DNA of 64,000 bases from Prevotellaceae bacterium UBA2448. GTDB lineage: Bacteria; Bacteroidota; Bacteroidia; Bacteroidales; Bacteroidaceae. The notes under the pieces were generated by a model, which did not search any database, was not told where the DNA came from, and was given only the letters and a program-made list of their open reading frames with translations. Where the stretch lies: NCBI GenBank assembly GCA_002342585.1, contig DDQG01000007.1, positions 11,120 through 75,119 of the forward strand, read 5' to 3'. Shown here one piece after another: positions 9,272 to 17,857 of this stretch. Within the stretch, counting starts at the first letter, position 1; each line of letters starts with the position of its first letter. Made by a program: the position numbers and the translations under genes.

Positions 9272-10563
9272 ATACATTTGTGACATGGTTCCAGCACCTG
9301 TCGATATCCAGTATAATCAATACATACTGGTTTATCTTCTTTATCGAAATACCTCGATACTATCTGCTTGAAATCATAATTGTATCGTATAATGTACTTA
9401 CATATAAACGTCAGGACAAAAAACGGTTCTATGCACATTATAGACTGCTTAAAGAAAATCCCCTCATAACCATACTCGTACCTGGAAAGAATGAAGGAAA
9501 AAACATTTACAAACTTGTAAAATCCCTTGCAGAACAGACCTACAAAAATTATGAAATCATAATTGTTGATGACGGGTCTGACGATTATACTCCACTAATC
9601 TGTTCTGACTTGGAAAAGCATGGTTATATAGACCTGTACCTGCGCTGTGGAGTACGTGGTGGAAAAGCTTCGGCAGCCAATTATGGCGCATATCATGCAA
9701 AAGGAAAATACATTGTACATCTCGATGCCGATTCGTCACTTGACCGCGATGCAATTGAAAACATACTTCTGCCCTTCTATCTTGACCCTAAAATCAAAGC
9801 CGTAGGAGGCACAGTAAAAGTGCGTAACTACAAGGATTCTATTTGTGCTTCAATGCAGGCAATAGAATATCTTAAAACTATCATGATAGGACGTAAGGTA
9901 ACCGATACTCTAGGAATCCTGCATATCATCTCAGGAGCTTTTGGCGCATTTGAAGTAGAAACTCTGAAGAAAATCGGATACTGGGACATCGGTCCAGGAC
10001 TTGACGGAGACATCACTCAGAAGATACGCAAAGCCGGTTGGAAGGTGGCACACACCTCAGAAGCAGTGTGTCTTACAAATGTGCCTGTTAAATGGAAGGT
10101 GCTTTTCAAGCAAAGACTCAGATGGTCCAAGTCGCTCGTGCGATTCAGAATACGTAAACATCGTGACATCCTTTATCCAAACCGCAACTGGTCACTGAGC
10201 AACTTCGTTTCTAACATGGAGAGTATCATTTATGACTGCGTTTTCAACTATATATGGTTATTCTATTTCATAGGACTTATTGCAAACTTCAGCAACCATA
10301 TATTTGAAGTCATGCTACTCGACTTCCTAATCCGATTATGCCTTGCATGCGTTGCATTCGCTGTGATAATGACAGTAACCGAACGCAGGCGAGAAGAGCT
10401 ATTCCTTATACGATTCTTGCCGTTGACGTCACTCTACACAGGATATTTCATGCGCATCGTACGTTTACTTGCACATACGAAAGAGCTTTTCTTCTTCTCT
10501 TCGTACAAAGACCCATGGAATCCTGAAAAAACATCAAGATATGCACAACTTGAACGAGCATAA
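9247..10563 (+). CDS. membrane-embedded processive family-2 glycosyltransferase (PgaC/IcaA/NodC/BcsA-like polysaccharide synthase)
   Basis: 438 aa with TM helices at both ends. Motifs: ILVPGKNEG..., DDGSDD, HLDADS (DxD), LDGDIT (TED-like) and QRLRW (QxxRW). Confidence 0.8.
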   Translation: MSYIFDSLDTFVTWFQHLSISSIINTYWFIFFIEIPRYYLLEIIIVSYNVLTYKRQDKKRFYAHYRLLKENPLITILVPGKNEGKNIYKLVKSLAEQTYKNYEIIIVDDGSDDYTPLICSDLEKHGYIDLYLRCGVRGGKASAANYGAYHAKGKYIVHLDADSSLDRDAIENILLPFYLDPKIKAVGGTVKVRNYKDSICASMQAIEYLKTIMIGRKVTDTLGILHIISGAFGAFEVETLKKIGYWDIGPGLDGDITQKIRKAGWKVAHTSEAVCLTNVPVKWKVLFKQRLRWSKSLVRFRIRKHRDILYPNRNWSLSNFVSNMESIIYDCVFNYIWLFYFIGLIANFSNHIFEVMLLDFLIRLCLACVAFAVIMTVTERRREELFLIRFLPLTSLYTGYFMRIVRLLAHTKELFFFSSYKDPWNPEKTSRYAQLERA

Positions 10564-10596
10564 AAACAATATATAATAACAAAAACATTAGCAATT

Positions 10597-11013
10597 ATGA
10601 ACGCACTTATCAATCCAGGTATTGATGTTGACAAGCTTACCGTCCTCGTAGTAGACGATGTGCCACTAAATGTGTTGCTCATCAAAAAAATGCTTTCTCA
10701 GTACACATTCCAACTGAAAACTGCCAACAGTGGACAAGCAGCGCTAGACATCATCGCACAATCAATGCCCGATCTTCTCCTTCTCGATCTTATGATGCCA
10801 GGCATCGATGGATTCGAGGTTATTCGTCGTCTTCGTGCCGATGAGAAGACAAAGAAGTTACCTATTATTATCCTCTCTGCCCTCAACTCAGAAGCAGACA
10901 TAGTAAAAGGATTTAAGCTGGGAGCTAACGATTTCATAAACAAGCCGATTATTATGGAAAAGTTAATCAGCAGTGTAACAACCCAAATTAATCTTGCAGC
11001 AGCAACAAAATAG
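10597..11013 (+). CDS. stand-alone CheY-like response regulator receiver
   Basis: 138 aa with VLVVDDVPLN, LLLLDLMMPGIDG (phospho-Asp context), ILSAL and NKP. There is no output domain. Confidence 0.85.
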   Translation: MNALINPGIDVDKLTVLVVDDVPLNVLLIKKMLSQYTFQLKTANSGQAALDIIAQSMPDLLLLDLMMPGIDGFEVIRRLRADEKTKKLPIIILSALNSEADIVKGFKLGANDFINKPIIMEKLISSVTTQINLAAATK

Positions 11014-11034
11014 GTAATTTTATTATAAATAAAA

Positions 11035-11067
11035 AGTCCTTACAGTCAACGTAAGGACTTTTTTTTA
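11035..11067 (+). terminator. rho-independent terminator
   Basis: agtccttac (11035-11043) pairs with gtaaggact (11051-11059). An 8-T tract follows. Confidence 0.8.
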
Positions 11068-11096
11068 TTGAAAACGTAATTTTTATTTTATTTTTG

Positions 11097-11104
11097 TATC
11101 TTTG
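11097..11104 (+). promoter_or_regulatory. putative -7 box (TAnnTTTG)
   Basis: TATCTTTG (context gtatctttgcacc) ends 43 nt before the thiD ATG. Confidence 0.45.
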
Positions 11105-11146
11105 CACCGTTTGGCAGATATATGATTCCGTCATACAACTATAGAT

Positions 11147-11977
11147 ATGAAAAAAACACTCAATACAGTATTTCTGATAGCAGGTAGCGAGCCACTGGGA
11201 AGTGCTGGTATGCAAGCAGACATTAAAGCTATCACGGCATGTGGAGGATATGCTGCATGTGCCGTAACAAGCATTGTGGATGAAGATACGAGAAGGATAA
11301 AGAATATCTTTCATATGCCGACGGAACTGATTGTTTCGCAGGCAGAATCTTTTTTGGGCGACATAGAGACAGGATGTATAAAGACAGGCGTATTGCCAAG
11401 CGAGGAAATAATCAGAGGTGTAGCAGGTGTACTGCGCCGTTTCAAACAAATTCCACTCGTAGTAGATCCTGTAATAGTAAACTCACTTGGGGTACAACTC
11501 GTAACAGACAGTGCAATAGATGCATATAAAAACGAGCTCTTTCCTCTTGCCACACTCATAACCCCGAATTGGCGTGAAGCAGAAGTGCTGCTCGGACATA
11601 AATTGGGAGACATAGAAAAGGACATAAGAGAATTAGGACGTTGGGGATGTTCCGTAATCATTAAATCTATAGAAAGCGGCAAAGGATGGTTGAGCGACTA
11701 TCTCTACGACATCAGTACTGATAAAGTACGTGAGTTTAAAAAGCATCGCATCATCACTCGAAACGTAAACGGCACAGGTGATTCTTTCTCCTCAGCCATT
11801 GCGACATATATCGCTACAAAGTACAGTCTTGAAGAGGCTGTTGAAAAAGGAGAAGAATTCATCAGCAGAGCTATAAGTCTTGGAGCTGAATACGAATTCG
11901 GACATGGTTTCGGACCTGTTCATCCATGTTTTATGGAAGACAAAATCACCCATCAGAGAATTTACAACGAACAATAA
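11147..11977 (+). CDS. thiD: hydroxymethylpyrimidine/phosphomethylpyrimidine kinase
   Basis: 276 aa. VFLIAGSEPLGSAGMQADIKAITACGGYAACAVTSIV and the ...GTGDSFSSAIA... anion-hole motif are typical of ThiD in the ribokinase superfamily. Confidence 0.8.
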   Translation: MKKTLNTVFLIAGSEPLGSAGMQADIKAITACGGYAACAVTSIVDEDTRRIKNIFHMPTELIVSQAESFLGDIETGCIKTGVLPSEEIIRGVAGVLRRFKQIPLVVDPVIVNSLGVQLVTDSAIDAYKNELFPLATLITPNWREAEVLLGHKLGDIEKDIRELGRWGCSVIIKSIESGKGWLSDYLYDISTDKVREFKKHRIITRNVNGTGDSFSSAIATYIATKYSLEEAVEKGEEFISRAISLGAEYEFGHGFGPVHPCFMEDKITHQRIYNEQ

Positions 11978-11995
11978 CCAAATACAATTCATACC

Positions 11996-14947
11996 ATGAG
12001 AAAAATTTTATTTACTTTACTTACATTGGTGGCAATGCATTGTCATGCGGCAAAAGAACGCCTTATAAAGACCGTTGAGTCAATAAATATTGAATCACCA
12101 GTAGGCACTGTTCCCCGCCTACCCTATCAAGTGTATGTAACATACTCCGATGGTACCAAAGAGTGGCGACAGGTAAAATGGGAAAATTCCCTACTCTCTA
12201 CTGAACAACAGGAAGCTAACGCAACTCTTTATCCCGCTGGAAAAGAATATACGATTAATGGATATATTATCGGAGATAATACAACCGACAACGGATACCC
12301 ATTAAAGGCAAATATCAAGGTAGTATCAGGAGCATACAACACTCCTACAAATAAGTTCAAAGCCTGTCCACTTCCACTTTCAGACGTAAAGATAACAGGC
12401 AGAAACCGTCTGACTAACAACCGCGATTTGGACATACGGACTATACTCTCTTGGGACATTACCCAGCAGTTGTATAATTATCGTGACACATACGGACTCC
12501 CAACAGAGGGATACACAGTAGCAGACGGTTGGGACTCCCCCACTACAAAACTGAAAGGACATGGTTCCGGACATTACATGAGTGCCTTGGCATTTGCCTA
12601 TGCTTCTGCCGAGGATGAAAGCCAAAAGGCAGAACTGCACAAGCGCATAGAACGTATGGTTAACGAACTGCGTATGTGCCAAGAACGCACATTTGTATGG
12701 GACAGCACTCTCAATCGCTATTGGGAAGCACGTGATTATGCCCCAGAAGAGGAACTCAAACACATGAAAGGTACATGGACTGCATTCAACGAATATAAAA
12801 AGGACTATAAGCACTACGGATATGGGTATCTGAATGCCATTCCAGCTGCCCATCCGGCACTGATTGAATACTACCGTGCTTACAACAACGAAGACTGGGT
12901 ATGGGCTCCTTATTATACCATACACAAACAACTGGCGGGTCTTATCGACATCGCCAACGTAATGAATCAGTCATCCGCAAACAAAAACAACGGTTCCGAC
13001 TCAGCCATCGCAGCCAAAGCCCTTCTCATTGCAAAGGACATGGGACTTTGGGTATGGAATCGAATGCACTATCGCACATATATAAAGAAAGACGGAAACA
13101 AAGCAGAACGCCAAGCACGTCCAGGCAACCGTTACGAGATGTGGAACATGTACATTGCAGGTGAAGTAGGAGGAATGGCAGAATCCCTGTCACGACTCAG
13201 CGAAATGGTTAGCAACCCTACAGAGAAAGCACGTCTGCTCGAAGCTGCCAACTGCTTCGATGCTCCAGCATTCTTCGACCCTGTAGCAACTAATATCGAT
13301 GACATACGCACTCGTCATGCCAATCAGCATATACCGATGATTACGGGAGCCCTGCGTTCATACTTAGGCAATGGCAACCCATACTATTACAACCTTGCAC
13401 AGAACTTCTGGACTCTCATTCAAGGACGCTACGCTTATGCGATGGGAAGTGTAGGCAACGGTGAAATGTGGCGTCAGCCCTACTCTCAGATTCTGAGTAT
13501 GAACACCAACGTTCAGTCAGACCATAACGGAAACATATATCCCAATCCGGACATCAACGAAACCTGTTGTGCATATAACCTTGCAAAACTGACAAAAGAC
13601 TTGAACTGTTTCGACCCAGACAACGCAGCCTACATGGACTATTATGAACGAGTACTCTACAATCAGATAGTTGGCTCTGTACATCCGGAACATTGGGCAG
13701 TCACATATCAATATGCTGTTGGAATGAATGCCCGCAAACCTTACGGCAACGAAACTCCTCAGAGCACTTGCTGTGGTGGTACAGGAGCAGAGAACCACGT
13801 AAAATACCAAGAAGCAGCATATTTTGCGAATGAAAATACCCTTTGGGTCGCACTCTACATACCGTCAATTGCCCGATGGAATGGCACAAAAATCATTCAA
13901 GACTGTCAATGGCCTGCCGACCGCAGCACCATCACTGTGCAATCCGATGGCAAACCCGTTCGATTCGCCATGAAACTGCGTGTTCCTTATTGGGCAACAA
14001 AAGGATTTGACATACGACTAAACGGCAAGTCCATTGCAAAAACATACCGTCCAAGTTCATACGTTGAAATAGCAGAACGTCAATGGAACAGCAGTGACAA
14101 AATAGAAATCATAATGCCATTCACAATCCACATTTTCTGGGGACCCGACAAGATGGATGTCGCAGCTACTGGCAAGAATGAAAGTCGCACTGCCTTTCCT
14201 CCTATGTGGGTCGGCACCATCATGTACGGACCATTAGCAATGGCAACTACAGACATACACCACTGGAAAGATGCAGACATAAACCTGTCGTCAACCTTAG
14301 AAGAAATTCAGACTCAGAATCCAACAGGCACAGACGGAACTGGTGGCACACTATATTCTCTGTCAATTCCTTCTCGCAACATACAATTCACTCCAGATTA
14401 TTTCCAAACAGACAATGCAACCCACTACCTGCGTCTGAACGTAAAAGCTCAGAAAAAACAGACTCGCAACGGCAAAATAGACAAGACCAACCTCGAACAT
14501 GCTATCCAGATAGCAAAAGAACGAGTAAAGAGTCAACAAGAATGGAATGCTCTCACAGTAAAAGTACCGAACTTCTCTCCTTGGGCTCCATATGGTTATC
14601 AGCGTTTGGTACAACAGCTTAACATAGCAGACTCACTCTCTAATGCCATACCTGCCGGAAGCAAAGACAAACAAGGTAAACTGCAAGAAGAAATCAACAA
14701 CACCACATCGTCTCTCAACGTAGCTATCAACTCAATGCGTCCGGGTAACCTTGCCGAACCTGAAGACCTTGCCGAACTGCTCGTATTGGAAACCAGTCTG
14801 AAAGAAAACATACCAAATAAAAGCAACGAACTGCGTGCAGCCCTTCGTTATGCAGACATGGTCGTAAGGTATGTAAATGACGGTTCTGGCACCCACGACC
14901 TCATCGAGAAAGCCATCACTCGTCTTAAAGAATTCCAAAACAAATAA
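11996..14947 (+). CDS. GH127/GH146-like (DUF1680) beta-L-arabinofuranosidase-family glycoside hydrolase with an N-terminal Ig-like domain
   Basis: 983 aa with a signal peptide. It has an Ig-like module (VPRLPYQVYVTYSDGTKEWRQVKWEN). The Cys-containing motifs ETCCAYNL and STCCGGTGAENH resemble the Zn/Cys centre of HypBA1-type enzymes. Confidence 0.6.
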   Translation: MRKILFTLLTLVAMHCHAAKERLIKTVESINIESPVGTVPRLPYQVYVTYSDGTKEWRQVKWENSLLSTEQQEANATLYPAGKEYTINGYIIGDNTTDNGYPLKANIKVVSGAYNTPTNKFKACPLPLSDVKITGRNRLTNNRDLDIRTILSWDITQQLYNYRDTYGLPTEGYTVADGWDSPTTKLKGHGSGHYMSALAFAYASAEDESQKAELHKRIERMVNELRMCQERTFVWDSTLNRYWEARDYAPEEELKHMKGTWTAFNEYKKDYKHYGYGYLNAIPAAHPALIEYYRAYNNEDWVWAPYYTIHKQLAGLIDIANVMNQSSANKNNGSDSAIAAKALLIAKDMGLWVWNRMHYRTYIKKDGNKAERQARPGNRYEMWNMYIAGEVGGMAESLSRLSEMVSNPTEKARLLEAANCFDAPAFFDPVATNIDDIRTRHANQHIPMITGALRSYLGNGNPYYYNLAQNFWTLIQGRYAYAMGSVGNGEMWRQPYSQILSMNTNVQSDHNGNIYPNPDINETCCAYNLAKLTKDLNCFDPDNAAYMDYYERVLYNQIVGSVHPEHWAVTYQYAVGMNARKPYGNETPQSTCCGGTGAENHVKYQEAAYFANENTLWVALYIPSIARWNGTKIIQDCQWPADRSTITVQSDGKPVRFAMKLRVPYWATKGFDIRLNGKSIAKTYRPSSYVEIAERQWNSSDKIEIIMPFTIHIFWGPDKMDVAATGKNESRTAFPPMWVGTIMYGPLAMATTDIHHWKDADINLSSTLEEIQTQNPTGTDGTGGTLYSLSIPSRNIQFTPDYFQTDNATHYLRLNVKAQKKQTRNGKIDKTNLEHAIQIAKERVKSQQEWNALTVKVPNFSPWAPYGYQRLVQQLNIADSLSNAIPAGSKDKQGKLQEEINNTTSSLNVAINSMRPGNLAEPEDLAELLVLETSLKENIPNKSNELRAALRYADMVVRYVNDGSGTHDLIEKAITRLKEFQNK

Positions 14948-15009
14948 CGAAAAACGAAAGACGAAAAACCACCTCCCCAATTATGCATTATGCATAATGA
15001 ATTATAATT
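14948..15009. repeat. two adjacent tandem arrays with a 7-bp period
   Basis: cgaaaaa|cgaaaga|cgaaaaa (14948-14968) starts directly after the stop codon. It is followed by tatgcat|tatgcat|aatgaat|tataatt (14982-15009). Confidence 0.75.
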
Positions 15010-15029
15010 TATCTAACTCCTAACTAAAT

Positions 15030-17849
15030 ATGAAATTAAAAAGCCTCCTTCTCTCATGTGCTCTTATAGCATCTACAGGAATATCAGCTCAGGTTCCAGC
15101 ATGGCCTGAAACAAACACACTGACCAAACCCGGTGCTCGTTGGTGGTGGCTTGGTTCAGCCGTAGATGAAACCAATCTCCAGTCGCTCATGGCAGAATAT
15201 GCAAATAAGGGTATTGGAACTCTCGAAATCACCCCAATCTATGGTGTACAATCAAAATATATGTCAGGAAAGCCTGCCAACATCACCTTCCTCACATCCA
15301 AATGGATGAATATGCTCAAGAAGGTAGAAGAACTCGGAAATGAACATGGAATCCAGATTGATATGAACATGGGAACAGGATGGCCTTATGGTGGTCCGTC
15401 AGTTACTCTTGAAGAGGCTGCCGGCAAACTGGAATATAAAGAATCCGGTTATATAACCATTTCTGAAACTAATCCTACCATAATCTTTGACGTAACACCA
15501 CCCACAAGCAGTACATTAAACTGCGTAATGGCATACCCACGCACGAAAGGTGTAGACACAGTGGATGTAACAAGTTTTGTAACAGGCAACACTCTTACAT
15601 GGACACCCGAGGCTCAAGGACGCTGGCGTGTCATAGCAATTTACAATGGTCATACCAGACAAATGGTTAAACGTCCTGCGCCAGGAGGTGAAGGATACGT
15701 ACTTGACCATCTTGACAAGACTGCTGTCGAAAATTATATAAAAGTATTCGAAGATGCCTTCAACAAAGCTGGCACTCCATACCCAACCACGTTCTTTAAC
15801 GACTCTTACGAGATATTCGGAGCCGACTGGTCACGCAATTTCTTTGAAGAGTTTGAAGCACGGCGCGGCTACAAACTGCAGAAACACATGCAGGAACTGC
15901 TCGGTCTTTCAGCAGACGCAAACACTCAGGTACGTTCCGACTATCGAGAAACGATGGCTGATATGTATATCGATAATTTCATAAAACCATGGAACGAATT
16001 TGCACACCGCCACGGAGTAATCACCCGCAACCAATCGCATGGTTCCCCATCGAACCTTATCGACACATACGCATCGGTTGACATTCCCGAGATAGAAGGT
16101 TACGGTCGTACTAAATCATTACTTGATATCAAAGGAATACGCAAAGACGAAGGTTTTTACAACGTAAACTCCAGCGATTTTGCCACACTGAAACTTGCTG
16201 CCTCAGCAGCTCATGTAACAGGAAAAAAACTTACCTCAAGCGAGACCTTTACATGGTTTACAGAACACTTCCGCACCTCTCTCTCGCAGATGAAACCAGA
16301 AATGGATCTTATGTTCCTTGCCGGTGTAAACCGCATGTTCTTCCACGGAACTACCTACTCTCCACAGTCCATCGCTTGGCCAGGATATAAATTCTATGCA
16401 AGCATCGACATGTCACCAACAAACAGCATTTGGGCAGATGCTGGTGAATTCATGACCTACGTAAACCGTTGTCAAAGTTTCCTGCAATGGGGAAATATTG
16501 ACAACGACATCCTCGTATATTTCCCATGCTACAATTCATGGCATACTGCCGGAACCAACTGGTTGCGTCTATGCCCAATAGATGAATTTCCTAATCAGTA
16601 TAAAGCATTGGATCGAGTAGCAGACTCACTCGACGTATATGGCTATGGCAGCGACTACATTACTGACAAAATGATTCAGAACCTCAGTTTCGAAGGAGGC
16701 TACATTGTGACAGAAGGCGGAGCAAGATACAAAGCACTACATGTACCAACAAAAAACTACATGCCAGAAGCTACAGCCGCAAAGTTGGAAACTCTCAAAA
16801 ATCAAGGAGCTAAAATTATAGAGACAACACGCGACGAAGCAACTATCAATGCAGCATGCGCTCCTGAACCGATGCGCCGTCAGTTAGGTCTGCGTTTCAT
16901 ACGTCGTTCTAATCCTACTGGCTACCATTACTTCATCAGCAATTTATCAGAAAATGATATTGCAGACTATACAGCTCTATCTGTAAACTTCAAGTCTGCA
17001 GCAATCTTCAACCCACTTGATGGCAGCATCCGTCAGGCACTCGTTAACGACGAAGGCAAGGTGTATATCAACTTGCACTCAGGAGAATCAATGATTCTGC
17101 AAACATACGACACCGATATTTCAAGCAGTGAATTGCCTGTCGATAACGAAGAAACAGACTTCACAGTTACTGACATCCCACTTAAAGGCAGCTGGACACT
17201 TGCATTTAACAATGCCCTTTTGGCAGACGGCACAACATTCACCAACAGCTATGTTCTCGACAATCTTAAAACATGGGAAGGTATCGATGCCAACACAGCC
17301 CAGCTTATGGGTACAGGTTCGTACGAGACAACCATAACACTTACAGAGGACCAAATTAAAACTGCCTACAGATTCGAAATTGACCTTGGTGATGTTCGTG
17401 AATCAGCCAAAGTATTTATAAACGATGAGTGCATCGGTACCGCATGGAGCGTACCTTTCCGACTCGACTGCAACAAGACACTCAAAGCAGGCTCAAACAC
17501 GATCCGCATCGAAGTAACCAACCTGCCTGCAAACCGCATCCGCCAATTGGACAAAAACGGCACAGTATGGAGAATCTTCGATGACATCAACTTCAGTGTC
17601 ATCTCAAGTGCAGAGGGTACGACCAAAGACTCCTTCGCCTCATGGAACCTCGTTCCGTCCGGATTAAACTCCACAGTAACACTCCGTGCATTAAGTTCCG
17701 TTTCCACAAGCATCGGTAACATCGTACCGCAAAGTGACTCCAACGCCACAGAAGAGAAATGGTACACCCTCCAAGGCATCCGAATTGAGCACCCTACCAC
17801 CCCAGGTATCTACATAAATGGAGCAGGACAGAAAGTTATTATCAGATAA
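15030..17849 (+). CDS. large secreted glycoside hydrolase (GH106-like, rhamnosidase-type; family uncertain) with a T9SS-type C-terminal tail
   Basis: 939 aa with a signal peptide. N-terminal KPGARWWWLGSAV and GEGYVLDHLDK are as I recall for GH106-type proteins. The C-terminus WYTLQGIRIEHPTTPGIYINGAGQKVIIR resembles a Por/T9SS sorting domain. Confidence 0.5.
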   Translation: MKLKSLLLSCALIASTGISAQVPAWPETNTLTKPGARWWWLGSAVDETNLQSLMAEYANKGIGTLEITPIYGVQSKYMSGKPANITFLTSKWMNMLKKVEELGNEHGIQIDMNMGTGWPYGGPSVTLEEAAGKLEYKESGYITISETNPTIIFDVTPPTSSTLNCVMAYPRTKGVDTVDVTSFVTGNTLTWTPEAQGRWRVIAIYNGHTRQMVKRPAPGGEGYVLDHLDKTAVENYIKVFEDAFNKAGTPYPTTFFNDSYEIFGADWSRNFFEEFEARRGYKLQKHMQELLGLSADANTQVRSDYRETMADMYIDNFIKPWNEFAHRHGVITRNQSHGSPSNLIDTYASVDIPEIEGYGRTKSLLDIKGIRKDEGFYNVNSSDFATLKLAASAAHVTGKKLTSSETFTWFTEHFRTSLSQMKPEMDLMFLAGVNRMFFHGTTYSPQSIAWPGYKFYASIDMSPTNSIWADAGEFMTYVNRCQSFLQWGNIDNDILVYFPCYNSWHTAGTNWLRLCPIDEFPNQYKALDRVADSLDVYGYGSDYITDKMIQNLSFEGGYIVTEGGARYKALHVPTKNYMPEATAAKLETLKNQGAKIIETTRDEATINAACAPEPMRRQLGLRFIRRSNPTGYHYFISNLSENDIADYTALSVNFKSAAIFNPLDGSIRQALVNDEGKVYINLHSGESMILQTYDTDISSSELPVDNEETDFTVTDIPLKGSWTLAFNNALLADGTTFTNSYVLDNLKTWEGIDANTAQLMGTGSYETTITLTEDQIKTAYRFEIDLGDVRESAKVFINDECIGTAWSVPFRLDCNKTLKAGSNTIRIEVTNLPANRIRQLDKNGTVWRIFDDINFSVISSAEGTTKDSFASWNLVPSGLNSTVTLRALSSVSTSIGNIVPQSDSNATEEKWYTLQGIRIEHPTTPGIYINGAGQKVIIR

Positions 17850-17857
17850 TTTATAAG

